A stretch of DNA of 63,721 nt, filler included, from Atractiella rhizophila (Eukaryota), in assembly GCA_021432655.1 (NCBI GenBank). It is 5 parts of 5 records of this genome, joined end to end, with 100 filler letters (N's around TTAATTAATTAA, not from the genome) between each part and the next. Parts side by side here need not be neighbours in the genome. Positions count along the whole stretch, not along the records: positions 1 to 28,734 come from MU271432.1; 4 more parts are not named here. One strand, given 5' to 3'. The translations under genes and the position numbers were made by a program. This document shows, piece by piece, positions 1 through 15,298 of the stretch; the stretch's first letter is position 1, and each line of letters starts with the position of its first letter. The notes under the pieces were generated by a model. It did not search any database. It was not told the origin of the DNA and saw only the letters and a list, made by a program, of their open reading frames with translations.

Positions 1-3000
1 TCCCAGGTTGCTGAGTCTTTCGAGCAGATAAATTCGGTTGCAGAACTCCTCCATGAATTCTCTCTACTTAGAGAAGCGCTTGCCTTGCAAGAAAATGAGC
101 ATACATGGGAAAAAATCGATAAGGCTTTAAAAAGATTCAATGCTGTTGTGAGGGGAGGCGGTTGCGGAGGAAAGGGAGGTAATGCGGAGGCGATCAGGGA
201 TTGTTTCGTGAAGGAGTGGAAAGCTAGGGATCTGGTTGATTTCATCATTCGCTGCGTGAGTTTCTCGTACGTCAAGATGGGATAGTGGTAATGTGTCGCG
301 TAGTTGATTTCGGAGCGGACCAAATTGTCAGGAACTTGTCTCGAACTCCTCACATCGACTACACGCCTGAAGTCTGCTTTCCTCCCCTTCATCGACCTTT
401 ACGCCCCCTCCCTCGTTCGCCTACTTCTTAGACCTAACAAAGTCTATATAACCCGCACGTCACAATGTCTTAACAACATCATCAGAAATACAGAACTCCC
501 TCACATCGTACCTCACCTTCGAGATGGCCTAGGCGATAAATGCAATGCATGCAGGATAGCCGTCAGCGAAGGCCTCTTCATCCTTCTCGGAGGTGAGAAA
601 GGCGTGGTGGGGAGCGTGGCATCAATATCCGACATGGAAAAGAAGAATGGAAGTTTTCTGAGGGACATCGAGGCTATGATCAAGGTTGGCGCTGTCGACA
701 AGGAACCTGCTGTGCGAGCGTGGATGAAGAAGTGCTGGCCATTATATGCGTCTGGATGGAACACACGCTCAGAAGAGTGAGTTGATTATCCCCCAGCTAC
801 ATTTGCTAAAACAAGAACAGTTTCATGCGGCCTCTTTCCCCAACGGTGAAACGATACCTCGATGTTTCTGGCGCGGCGAAACTTTCAAAGTCTCAAGGTC
901 TTCCATCATCCACTTCCGCACCGATCCAACATCTTCACAAGTCGACTTCTGCCGCACACGTGTCTCTGAGCAAGAGCGTAGGACCTTCAGTAGCTCAACC
1001 ACAACTTTCACGGAGCGCAAGCGTGAACGTGAACGGTCCAAAGTCGCGCGTCAATCCTGCAAAGGAACCTATCGACCCGAAGAAACAGACAGCACCTCGG
1101 GAGGACGTTGTGGAAGCTGCAAGGCAACGTCATCCAGCTCTGCAAGAACGACCAATCTCTCTTCACGGTCCGTCAATGCCTGTCGAAACCAAAGACGAAG
1201 TTGAACGTCCAGCCGTGGAGTTCCCCGGTGCTGAATCGCACTCTCGCCCTTTCACCATCCATGGCGATGCGAACTTTGACTCAGCAGCGATTTTTGGCAG
1301 GATGATGAATGGCCCGAACGCGTTCATGCCCCTTCCGGTTGGTCATGTATATCAGGATCTACCCCCTGTTCTGCTCCCACAATCAACGGACACGGATCCC
1401 ACTGCAAGTGGTCTGAGGGACAATAACAAGGAGGAAGGCGGTCTTTCGAGGAAACGAGCGCAATCTACGACCTCTCGACCAGCAGGCATCGATTTGCCCC
1501 CAAGACCTGTAACATCGATGGCTACCTCACATTCGCGACCAGGATCACTGTCCAAGGCCTCTTCCCTGGGACGACGACCGCCGAATATTGAACCACCAAA
1601 GGTGACAAGGAAGCCATCTCGAGTCTACAAACCCGAAAGACTTCAATCTTCCGTGCACGACAAAGGCGAGGGAACTGCAACTCTTGCTAGGTCTACGGCC
1701 GGACCTCAGCGAGCGCTAGGTGTTTCTACCACTTCAAAGCCCCTTGCCGAGTCGAGAGGTCCAAAACGGGGAGCTCCAGAAGCTCAGACGACTCAGCAGA
1801 AGGTCCTTGGGAGGTCTCAGGGAGCGTTCAAGCCCAAGGTCAGCCAATCCCAGAAAACCGCTGCCAAGGTCCCTCTTCCAGACTCCCCTCCATCCAAAGC
1901 GACAGAGCTTCCTTCTCGTCCTCGAACCATCTCTACTACCTGCAAGACGCCTAGTCGTCCTGTCAGTCGCCTCGCTAGTTCCAGTTCCAGACCACCGAGT
2001 CGTGCAGAGGCCCTATCCAGATCGAATAGCCGCGCAGGGCAACGGCAGCCTCCAAAACCTGCGAACGTTCCCCTACCGCCGTCTCCAACGAAGACTCCAC
2101 GAGCGCAGGAAAAGGCGACTCAAAAGTTTAAGCCCCGAGCACCAACCGCTGACAAACGTCCCGTCACTAACAAACCGCTTACGACTACGAAAAGAACCGT
2201 CTCTCAGCCAGCGGCACAGTCGAAGGCTACAAGCTCAAAGTCGACGACCGCGCGTTCTGTTTCGGCATCCAATCCTCAACCCATCAGCCGCGCTCCTTCC
2301 GCTATGTCGACAATCTCGGCCTCAACAAGTTCTTCCACGACCGCGTCAAGGAAGAGAACGGGTGGATTCGCTGCGCCGACTGCTAGCTCTCAAGCGCACT
2401 CGAAAGGGAAAGAACCTCAAGAGCGCAAGAAGTTCATGCCAAGCAAGGCGACTCTGCAACGACGAGAGCGGGAGAAGGAGAAGGAGCTGAAGCAGAAGGA
2501 AGCCCTCTCGAAAAGTATGGTTGCTGTTAAGGAGAGCGAGAATGTGCCAGTGGTTCTCGGCTCCCGTCAACCCTTCCCAGCATCGCACGAGGGCGTCTTT
2601 GCTGAGGTTGAGGCTGAGGCTGCAGCAACGCTCACAGATACTGCTACGGACACGGAGACGGAAACTCAACCCGGCACTGAAGTGGAATCAGAGATCGAGT
2701 CTGAGACTGAAGCTGTCAAAGAAGCAGTCAATGTTGACGCGGAATCTCCTGTTCATCCCAACTTGGCGGCAGAAGTGGAGGTGGAGCAGAAGGAGAAGAC
2801 GACCGAAGTATCCGCTGCCACCTCGCCTGCCCCTGCACCCGAGTGCGGAGCTGAGATTGCCGAAGACGATGAATCGGGAGATGTTACGATCAGGATTGGG
2901 ACAAGCCCCCATAAGCCGTCTGAGGTCCCTCAACCTATCTTGTCCAACGGTTTCCTCGAATACGACGTCTCGATCACAGGTGGGGACTCATTCTCCTTCG

Positions 3001-3224
3001 CTGCGCCACCCCATCGCGAATCCATGGTGCCCATCTTCAACGCGGAGGTCGAGACCTTCGAAACGCCGATCAAAGGTATCCCTCAAGAGAAGAGGAGTAG
3101 GTCGGCTTCGAGGGTGCGAACGGTGTCTGGAAGCAGTTCCGTGTCGGAAAAGGAGAACGAGGACATGCTGACGAGGAGCGTCACGAGGAGTTTGAGGTCT
3201 CGAGATATTGAGCTTGCCCTTTGA
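1..3224 (+). CDS. CLASP N-terminal (TOG/HEAT) domain protein with long S/P/T/K-rich tail; 5' partial, multi-exon
   Basis: Exons read ENEHTWEKIDKAL...SERTKLSGTCLELL...RPNKVYITR...DKEPAVR, resembling the CLASP_N domain of Stu1-like proteins. GT-AG introns near 256-303 and 777-820, then an ~800-aa low-complexity ORF ending at 3224. Confidence 0.7.
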
Positions 3225-4683
3225 ATGAGGTGAAGGATCATGCGCTATCTGCTTTCCACTCTTGTGTTTCATTCTACCCTTTTCTACGCTTCCAAGGCAT
3301 GCTCCTTGACCAAATCTCATCATTGCTATGTGCCTCAGTGCTCACTGTACAGGATGTGCAATCGATTCGTACTATTCTTCCGTGGATCCATCCCCTCCGC
3401 TCAATATGTCGCTCCTTGAACTTCATCTTTAATCTCTTCCACAGCCCTTCTGATCCCTTGTTCCTGCTATCGCCTCATCCGTCCTCGTCAGCTTCCTTCC
3501 ACAGGTGAGTCGTGCTGTCGGATCCAAGTCTTCACGCCGCCCAGAACCTCGCTTACCCAACCTTGCTGCTTTCCTCAGACATCTTACCATAATTGTCGAC
3601 CTGGGTCAATCAACTGCCCACTTGAAATTAACGTCGCTTAATCAAGACTTCTAGACGTCAAGGAGCCCCACCAACCTAAAGCCAATCTGGGCTGTGGAAC
3701 AATCGTGGAGATTAACTCACATTCAGTGAAATGTTCGGCTGTGGAAGCAGGTGGAAGCTTTTCGTTCAGGCGAGAATCGAATCGAACAACATGCACCACG
3801 ATTTGGGCTATAACTACTGTCTGTTTGTGGGAGGACCTCCCTGCTCCCACCGACTTTCACCATCAACCAGCACCACTCACTTGTAGGACAAAGGACAGAG
3901 AACCAGCGGCCTCAACAAGATGTGTTATTCTGTCAAATGTTGGAACTGCGATCAAGGTCTGTCATCATTCCCTCCTCAAGTTGGAGTGCATGTTCTCTGC
4001 GAAACTGAGCTCTTCGTCGTCAGTTACGTGGGCAGGATGCGGACTGCACACTAGAGAGGTGCTCACAAAGGCCAGTCACTTTCTCCTCCCCAGCTGCTCC
4101 AACTCACGCAACCACCAACGCCACAGGTTCCCGAAGTGAGTTGTCATACGCTTCCAAGTTGGAAACAGACTGAAGGATGGCTGGATTGGAAAGAACGAAA
4201 GGTGCAAGTGCACGACGGCTGACTACCAGGCGGCGAGGACAAGACAGACGACCTTGTCCACTTCGTCCTCTGATCCTAGCCTCTCCCCTGCTAGCTCTGC
4301 GGCGTCCCCTCCTAGGCAATGATTCTCGCCGACGATGTACCGTTCTCCTGGCAAGATTATGTGAAGTATAAACGCGTATCCTTGAATCTGGATTCTCTCT
4401 GATTTTACAGTGTCTTTAATCTGATAAGTTGACACTGAATGATTGCGCTAAATCTCTTTTCCAAAGATGCTACTTACTTATGCGGGTGTTAACTTGCGAC
4501 TCAACTTTTCTCCCCCATTGAGAATTGTTTATCTTTGAAGTCTCCATCGACTTCGTGAATAGCTACTATCCTAACCGGCAAAACCAACCAAGGCTTTACC
4601 GAGTCGCTCATTGTTTAGCCGGCACACAAAACCGTCCCTCTGTCCCTCTCTTCTTCCAACAGAACTCTCACCTTGGACTCGCC

Positions 4684-6364
4684 ATGTCCTCCTCATCCAC
4701 CTCCATCCCAACACTCCTTCCGCTTACCCTTCCCCCGCCGCCCTCCTTCCCCCTTCCAACCCTCTCCCTCCGCTCGCCCCAGTCCGCCGACTTCATCCCT
4801 CTCTCGACACTCGGCTGGACGCTCAGCACGCACGCCTTCCCCGCTGCTTATCCGCGTACGAGGGACCGGTGCGCTCGGAAGCTGAGAGGTAAGGGTGTGG
4901 AAAGTCCGCCGATCGCGCCGTGGAAGAAGGATGAGGAGTCGAAGGCGTCGTTGCAGGATGTTGTACCTATAATTGATGGTACCAGGGAACGCACCGCTGA
5001 GATGCTGAGGCGGGTGAAGGTGGAGGATTTGGAGGAGGAGGGATTGTGGATGTGCGCGAATAGGTATTGGAAGAAGGACTTGGATGAAGAGGCTAGGAGG
5101 GGAGGCGTTACGATCGTTTTTGGACATGCGAATGGGATGCACAAAGAGGTCCCTTCCTTTCATCCCACGCAAAGTTCTGGTGCTGATAATGACAATGTAA
5201 TGTTTGAGAGTAGACTTGGGAACCGGCCATCGCTAGCCTCTTACGAACGATTCAGACACGCAATCCAGACCTCATCATCAGCGAAATCTGGTCTCTCGAC
5301 CACGTCCAACAAGGGGACGCCGCACTTCTAAACGAGGGAAGATTAGGGGACGTTCGTGCGTCTCATCTTTCTTCTTCCTTCATCAGTCTCACAAACATAT
5401 TCGTTTTAGACGATTGGCTCGATTCAGGACGGGACTTCATCCAGTTCATGCTCCGCTACCTTCCCTCGATAGAGAAGAGACCGAAGCATTCGGACAGCTT
5501 CCTCTTACCATGTGAAGACGATAGGAGCATCATAGACCTTCACTCAGATCCCGTTCCATCGACAGCGCTCCCCTTCCGTGGTAGGACTATAGTAGGAGTC
5601 GGACACAGCCTGGGAGGTGAAGTTCCCTCCTTCATCCTCCTGTTCCATCCCACCCTAAAACCATAAAATGGAAAAGGCTGCGCGACCGCCCTCGCCTCCT
5701 CCGTCCATCCCTCCATCTACAGCCAAATAATTCTCGTCGACCCCGTCCTCACTCCCAACCCCACCCCCATCCCGTTCAACCGCGACCCACACGTCTTGGG
5801 CATGACTGAGAGCGCATTGAGGAGGAAAGATTTTTGGTCCTCTCCCACTGACGCTCGGGCTTACTTCGCTGCTAAACCTTTCTTCGCAGCTTGGGACACA
5901 AGGATTCTTGACTTTTACATTCGGTATGGTTTGGTGGAGACATCTGAGAAGGAGAAGAAGGATGGGTTGAAGGGGAGGGAAGGATTGAGATTGAAGACGA
6001 GGAGGGAACAAGAGGCCGTTCGTTTTCCTCTTCTTACAATTAATTGTGTCTCCTGATTGTAGAGGATGGATGCCAGTTCGTCTTTGCAGATCGGTTCAAG
6101 CGCTCCGAAGGCGCCTACAACAGGTTTCAAACCGTCCCGTCCTCTCTTCCCGTTCACATCCACTTTGCGGACGTCGGGAGGTCACATTTGAAGGAAGAAC
6201 TGGTAGAGATGATGAAGAAGGTCACTCCGAACGCTACTTGGACGAGAGCTAGATCTGGTATTGGGCATTTGGCGGTACAAGAGGATCCGGAGGGGACTGG
6301 GGAGACGATTGCGGATGTAATTATGAGGATGTCACGTCGTAGAAGTCTTAGAGGGAAGCTTTGA
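4684..6364 (+). CDS. Alpha/beta hydrolase (Abhydrolase_6, Lpx1-like), multi-exon
   Basis: Motifs HAFPAAYPR, GHANGMHKE|TWEP, WSLDHVQQGDAA, nucleophile GHSLGG, LVDP, and GHLAVQEDP. C-terminal GKL resembles a PTS1 variant. Confidence 0.85.
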
Positions 6365-6419
6365 GAAAGAAATTTCAACTTTTTATTGTATTGTCATTCC
6401 CATCCCACAAGTTTCAGAT

Positions 6420-9400
6420 TCACGACTCCACACCATCCACAACTTGAGACTTCCGATGACTCCGGTGATCATAACCCTGACCGTCCTCATGCTGACCATC
6501 GTCCCACCCCACTTCCGCACCAGACAACGCCGTCTTCTCCCTCCGCCTCCTCCTCCTCCTCCCACCTTCTCCATCCGACACCTCCCTCCCCGTTCTCTCC
6601 CCCTCCAAAAACGCAGCCGCGGAAGCGACCGACGCCTTCCTCATCCTACTCGACTCCGACGACTTCGTCGTCCTCTCCTGTCCCTGCGCATCCTGATCTG
6701 CGTTATCAGCAAAGAGGGGCGAGAGCGGTCTCGGCGGCTTTGACCTCCTCGAGCGGAAGGTGTCGAACACGGCGCTGTCAAGCGAATCGATGCTGTCGTG
6801 CCTCGAACTCCTCAACGACGGGGGTCGAAGCCATGCTGGGTTCGTGGCCGTGCTTGTGAGGTGAGAGGGCGGGTCGGCGCCGGCGAACCAGGATGTTGCT
6901 GCCCAACATTCTTGTGCGACACGTTTGGAGCCCCAGAGGAATGAGAGGCCGAAGACTGCGGTCGAGAGGGTGAGGTTGAGGACGGGGAAGAGGTCGGGGA
7001 GGTGGGGTGGAGGGGTGGTGATCGTTTCGAGGAGGTGGAGGATGATGATGCCGGTGTAGGAGCTGAGGGAGAGGTAGCGGATGAAGGGGGAGGGGATTCG
7101 GAGTGGGTTGTAGCCGATTAGAAAGTTCCAGAGAAGCGTTACTACCCAGTATTGCAGACCGAGTCCGTCTCGCTTCAGTAACGGCCACATGCTGGCATCA
7201 GATTGTAGATGAGCAGGCATGCACCTTTCTTGAGAAAAATGTAAAGACGAACCTGAAAACAGCAACATTATTGACCAAGACGGCCCACTCCCAATCCATA
7301 CGATCATGTCTCACCTCCCTCTCGAGCATGAGGAGGGTCAAAGGCATGAGAGGGAGGAGGATAGATTTCTCATGAACCTGGAACGAAAAGAGGAAGAATC
7401 CCATCGAGCACACAAACAGCGCATGAGGGAGGATAGCCAGCGTAGGCAGCTCCACCACCGTCGTCGTCGCCGTCTCCTTCTCCTTCTCCTCCTGGCCCGT
7501 GCTCGGCGCGTTCCTCCGCCTCCGACCCAACTCCCACGCGACCCAAAGCAGCGCTACAGTGCCCGGCAAGATGGCCAAGAGGGTGGCGAGCCCCGCCAGG
7601 CGGACGAGGGTGGTGACGGTGAAGAGGTCCCTCAGCTTGACGAGCACGTTTACGGCGCACCAGACGTTTGCGACTTTGTCTTCGAAGAGTCCGCGGGCGA
7701 AGGGGAAGACGCGGTGTGCGACTTGGGAGAGGTGGGAGAGGGGGCGGAGGAAGGGTGAGAGGATGAGGAGGAAGGTGGTGACGGTGGTGAATCCGAGTTG
7801 TACAAACAGCGCCACTCTAATCATACCCTTTATGAGAATCTTGGTACTATTCATGTGCGAAAGAGAACATACCCTTCGTCCCCGCCTACAAACAAACACT
7901 TTCCCAACAAATACGCGAATCTGTCCTCACAAATCTGAGGAAATCAGAAGGAAAACGTGGGAAGGGACGTACATTGCCGGAGCATAATACAGCGCCATTT
8001 GTTTGAAACAAAGAGCAAAAACGAAAAATACAGCACCGATCAAGTCGTGACCGTTTTTGAAGCAGACGAGAGAGAAGAGCGTGAAGCCCAACATGACTGA
8101 ATTATATCTATTCCGTGTTCTCCTTAACTGGGTGCCATGGAATGATATAAAAGGGAGGGAACGCACTGGAAATGGCCGTGGTCGATCAGGAGCAAGGCGG
8201 GTTGAAATAGAATAGTGAATAAAGACGACAACTACTCAAATCCATCATCACCCATATATATGCAACTGTAGAGACTCTGACGTACCACTTTGCGCTCCAT
8301 ACTCCCTCTCGCTTTCGACCCGACCTCCATCCTACCATGCCCAAGGTGCATCCTCCCCCAACACCACGCCAACACGGCCGGAAACCAGATCACGACCTCG
8401 CTCAGGACCACACTGAACCTCATGAACCCCTGCACGCTGCCCTTCTCTATCCAACCGCCCTGAACCGCGACCCAATCCTCCTCCGTCCCTTCAAGGGGTT
8501 TGAGCGTGTTGACTTCTGGGACACCTACCGCGTGCGCGAGCCAGGAAAGAAGCCAGGAGTGGTAGGCGGTCAGAGGGGGATAGTCCAGTCCCCAGTAGGG
8601 GAGGTTGTGGGTGTACCATGAGGACGGGGGGAGGTGGTGTGTGAGTGAAAGCCAGTTTCGCTGCGCTTCGAAGTCGCCATAGAGAGGAGGAGCAAATTTG
8701 CCTGCAACGATGATTCGCCATGGATTCATCTCAGCGACGATTCAAAGAGCGCAGTTCCACGACCACCCATATATATCTTTGAGAGGTTGAAGAGAGAAGC
8801 TCACCTGACCATTCTCCACGACCTACTACGAATCGGAGTAACAGTGCACATTCCAACCCGATGACGAGACAGGTCTTGAATCCCCTCCCAGACTTGTATT
8901 TCCACTTCACCGCCCTCTTCACCGGACTATCCTTCAAATCGACCCTAAACCCAACTGGATGACCAGGATCCAATCGTCCCGCCTGACTAAACGTCGAGCT
9001 GAGCGATTGAGACGGTGACGGCGACGGCGACCTATCTCTCCTCCTCACACTCGCCCCCATACCTCCACCTCCACCGACGCCGTTCGGGACTCTCGGATCA
9101 TGGATAAGCGAGGTAGTCCTCCGGGAGAGACGCTCGTGATTCGGATGAGAAGTGAGGCGAGGAGAGTCAGTCTCCAGAGCAGAATGCAACGAAGGCCACT
9201 GCGCCGCGCTCATCTTCCTCGTCCCACTCCCGCTCCCCGGTCGGCGACTGGACCTCGAGTGTGTCTGCCCTTCGTCCCCTGAGAGGCGCTCGAATGACTT
9301 TTTGAGGCTCGCTGAGGCTGAGGCCGGAGGATCCCCAGTGGTGGTGGTGAGGGTGTCGCGGGGAGGATGCGGAAGGGGAAGGGGAAGGGCGACTGTGTGG

Positions 9401-9456
9401 CGGTGTGGAGAGGCGCTGAGGGACGGGTCTGGGGGAAAGTCTGCGCTGGAGGTCAT
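6420..9456 (-). CDS. ALG6: Dolichyl-P-Glc:Man9GlcNAc2-PP-dolichol alpha-1,3-glucosyltransferase, multi-exon
   Basis: Diagnostic motifs PPLYGDFEAQRNW, YWGLDYPPLTAYHSW, FKQMALYYAPA, RVFPFARGLFEDKVANVWC, FSFQVHEKSILLP and MWPLLKRDGL. Low-complexity extensions at both ends. Confidence 0.95.
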
Positions 9457-9587
9457 CGTGCGTGTGCCTGCGCCTGCCTGGCTTCATCGACCTGTTGTTC
9501 TGTCACCGGTTGCGCCGTCCGGAGCATCAGTACCCGGTGATTTATTCATTCACTGATTATCAGTTATCATTTGGTCAACAGTTCAAA

Positions 9588-11311
9588 ATGGCTGAGTCTT
9601 TTCAAGATGCTGAATACGTCCGGTGTGTTCTTATGTCCCTCCCGTGGCTCAAATAACGAAGCTACAAGGAAACTGAACGCCGCTCTCCTGAAAGACGACT
9701 TCGATCTCAACGTCAACTTTCGCGAGGACCGGCTATGCCCTCCTGTGAGACAACTCGCCTTACAGCACACTCTGAAATCCTCAATAACGCAGAACAGGTA
9801 CTCTCACGGTATGCAACAACTCTGTAGATTGATTCACGTACGAGCTATCGTGTTCAATGCGGCAGGTTGAAGTACGTCGAATGGATCACCCAAGTAGCGA
9901 TGGCAGGGTGTCCCAGTTCCGGCCTCACATCCGGGCTAGACATGTAAGGAACTCATCACTGACGGAGAGAGCCGTTTGACATTCACAGAGGCACAGGCTC
10001 CGTCGCGATCTATCCGCTCCTCGCCTGCCAAATCTTTCCCAACCTCACCTTCGTCGCCACCGAGCTCGACCCCGTCTCTTCCTCCCACGCGCGAACGATC
10101 GTCGAGGCGAACGGCCTGAGGGATCGAATCGGCGTCGTGGATGGAGAACACGATTCCTTCTTCCGTCGTCCCGCTGACGAAGTCGCGAAGAAGAAGATGA
10201 GGATGGAGATGGAGAGGGTGGAGACGCGGTTCGATTTCAGCATGTGCAATCCCCCGTTTATTCTAGTGTGGAGGAGATGCAGCGTTCGAGGGAATTGAAG
10301 GCTTTGGCTCCTTCATCGGTGTGGTCTCACAATACATACCAGCGCTCATGGAGCTGAGGACGCTGTAGGTCAGCACGGCGGCGAGTATGGAGCTCTTCAC
10401 GGAAGGAGGCGAATGTTCTTTCGTTCGAAACATGGTCACCGAGAGTTGGAAGAATCCAGATCTGGTTCGGTTCGTCCTGATTTCCTTTGCCCGAGTCTAG
10501 TCTTGACCGTTGCATGTAGATGGTATTCCACACTGCTCGGTTTCTTTGCGAGCGTCGAACGAATATTGTCTCTATTCAAGGACCTCGCAGTTCGTTTCCC
10601 CTCCACTCATATCAACTCAACATAAGCGTCCTTCTAACGGAACACTCTAGATAACCAACTACACAGTAGGAGAGATCGCGGCAGGTCGCACAAAACGTTG
10701 GGTCATAGCTTGGTCACTTCACCCCTGGCGAGTTCCACAGGTGAACCTCCTCGCCCACCCCACCCCACAACCACCAAACAAACAGTCTAAAGAAAAAACA
10801 GGACCTCGACTGCATCCCATCCATCCGCCACCTCCGTCCGCCCTCCTGCTCCGCACAAGCCGTCGTGCCCCTCCCTTCCAATCCCAATCCCAATCCTCTA
10901 GCCACCGCTCACGCCCAAAAGGCTTCTCATGCGCAAGAATGTCGAGCAGCGATCACGACCGCCTTCTCGCACCCCCAAATGACCCTCACCTGGCACACGC
11001 CCCGTCGTCCCCACCATTCCAAACCCAGGATGAGGATGACCTTCACCCTCCGCACCGCCGTAGACTGCTGGTCGCGACAAGCACGGCGAGCGTTGAAGAA
11101 CGGGGAAACGCTTAAAAGCTTGCTGGGTTCTGAAGGGGACGCAGAGATGATTTGTTCCTTCGAACTCCAGATATCTGAATATGAGGGAAATGAGCAGCTT
11201 ATCGTTAGGGCACGGTGGATTAAGGGCACGTCTCATAGAGACTTTGAAAGTTTATGTGGAGCGGTTTTTCGTGTGCTTCGTACAAAGTTCAACACTCCGA
11301 ATGTGTCGTAG
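9588..11311 (+). CDS. METTL16: METTL16/RlmF-family RNA m6A methyltransferase (U6 snRNA methyltransferase type), multi-exon; apparent 1-nt frameshift at ~10257-10260
   Basis: Spliced reading DRLCPPVLSRLKYVEWI (using an 11-nt microexon), GLDIGTGSVAIYPLL, FDFSMCNPPF, TEGGE, RWYSTLLG and GRTKRWVIAWS. The start is uncertain because the usual N-terminal segment was not found. Confidence 0.85.
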
Positions 11312-11526
11312 GAATCAATGTGAATTTGTGACAATGTCAATAGTCAACCACCACAAGTTTGAGGGCGTCATACTTTATCGCATGACATGTTGGGTGGACA
11401 AACGAATTGCTACTAAGAGGACCCAGAAATGATCTCTATGACACGCCCTAGGTATCCATTACAAGGTGAGTTTATATCCCTGTACAATTTCGATCTTAAA
11501 ATACAGCAACGACACCAGACAACTGC

Positions 11527-13569
<2,043 letters not shown>

Positions 13570-14212
13570 CGCGAATATCTGAGTGGCGTTGGGGATCGAT
13601 GGCAAACGATTTTTTGAGAAAACGTTGAAGATGGAAGTTCGTGGTTAAATGGTTGAATTATGACGTCCCGAAGGACAACACAGACCCTCGGCGTACTCTC
13701 GGGGTACTTCCCTGTGGCTTTCGGTTTTCCCGAACAGGCAACACTTCCCGCTCCTCAAGTGATTTCAGGCTCATTAGCGTTTTATTACCGGTCACCAGCA
13801 CCATCTAAAATGGCCGTGTTACAGCTTGATGCCGTAAATTCAACCTCAGTCTACTAATACACTCCAGATTCCAAAGCTGGAAGCTTCTGGGCTGAACCGA
13901 CTGACTGACTGTTCTTATGTGCTTTAGCCCTGCGAGCTTGCGAAGCTATCTATATATTTGGTCTAGTGAGCCTTGCTGAAACTAGATGGTTATGAAAAAC
14001 CGAACAAAAGGGCACAGTCCCGCTCATTCCCACCAATTTTTACCCCTTTCCCAAAACGCATCTTCTAGTCAGGTGTATATCCATCCTTCGTGTCCTTCAA
14101 AGACTTTCCGAAGGAACCACCAACTTGATTTCTCCTCTGCGTTTGTTTACAACGAATTACACCCGCTACAGCATCTACTTAGCTCTTCAGCGCTTGCCCT
14201 CAGACGTTCAAC

Positions 14213-15209
14213 ATGAACTTGCTCACGTTCCCTTTCGTTCTCTTCAGTACCTTGATTCTCCTCGTTAATTCAGCTCTCGACGTCGAAATCCAACAACCGG
14301 GCCTAATCCTCCTCGATGATCCGCCATCAAACTCGTTCCTCGAACCGCGTTTCTTCCACAACGGTTTCCACAATACCGGAATGGAAAGGAGAGACGCCTA
14401 TGTCGCTTTAAATAACGGCTCCATGTCTTCCTACGGTTTCTCATTGGATGAGCTTGATGTGGGAGACGACGGGGAAGACGAAGACAACGCGAACGATCTC
14501 TCTTCATTGGTCAAACGTGGAAAGCACAAGCACGGAAAGAAGCAGCATCATTCGAAGTCGAAGACGCGAAAACACAAGAAGAAAAATCATCACGGGAAGA
14601 ACCATTCGAAGCACAGGTCGAACCAGCATCGAAGGCACAAGTCGAAGGCTAAGAAGGGAAAGGGAGTCTCTAGGCACACCAGTTTTTCGACTGGTGGCGG
14701 ACTCGGAGGCATCCTTCGAGCTGTTATTACTTGGTACACGGAGTCGGTTTGAAGAACCCGTACTGTGCCAGAAGGAGTACGTCTTCCATGCAGACCTTTC
14801 CTTTGCATCTTGGGTTTCGCTGACATAACTGTTGTTGCTGTTGAAATAGCTGCTGGACGCTGGGAGCCTAACGACCACCACTTGATCGCTGCTGTCACAG
14901 AAAAGTGGAAGGCTCGTCCCGCCTGTGGTTCTTTCCTCCGTCTCAGTACCAAAGCTGCGAAGCCTAAGTCGGTCCTCGTTCGCGTCGTCGACCTATGCGG
15001 TGGATGCAAACCTGGAGTGCCTCATGTTGATCTTAGCAAGAGAGCCGTTCGTGGTCCATCTTCCATACAACGTAAAGACTAATTATGTTGCGATGTAGTT
15101 TGAAGCGTTGTATGGGCTGGATGTCGGACTCGTTGAGGGGATTAGAGTTCAAGAAGTGAAAGCACCTAAGAAGTGGGACGAGCGTCTCTACGGACCTCAT
15201 ATTCTTTGA
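14213..15209 (+). CDS. Secreted RlpA-like double-psi beta-barrel (expansin/loosenin-like) protein with a His/Lys-rich linker; apparent 1-nt frameshift at 14740-14741
   Basis: Hydrophobic signal peptide, then ITWYT(G)...NPYC, IAAVT...PACG, VLVRVVDLCGGC, HVDLSKRA|FEALYGLDVG. This matches the DPBB pattern. Confidence 0.85.
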
Positions 15210-15298
15210 TTTTTCTTGTCACACCATTTTGTATTCGCTTGTTTATCCTTCCAGTCTCATGTTGCACATAATGACTGTGTCTCTCGTTATCCATGGTT

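Noticed and set aside
1720..3171. Long alternative-frame ORFs over the CLASP-like gene, and similar antisense ORFs over ALG6, CHO2 and the RS-rich gene
   Set aside because: Shadow ORFs of GC-rich, low-complexity coding sequence with no independent motifs.
9615..9670. Apparent non-canonical splice donor in METTL16
   Set aside because: Resolved by a canonical GT-AG intron (GTGTGT...CTACAAG) giving EYVRKLN.
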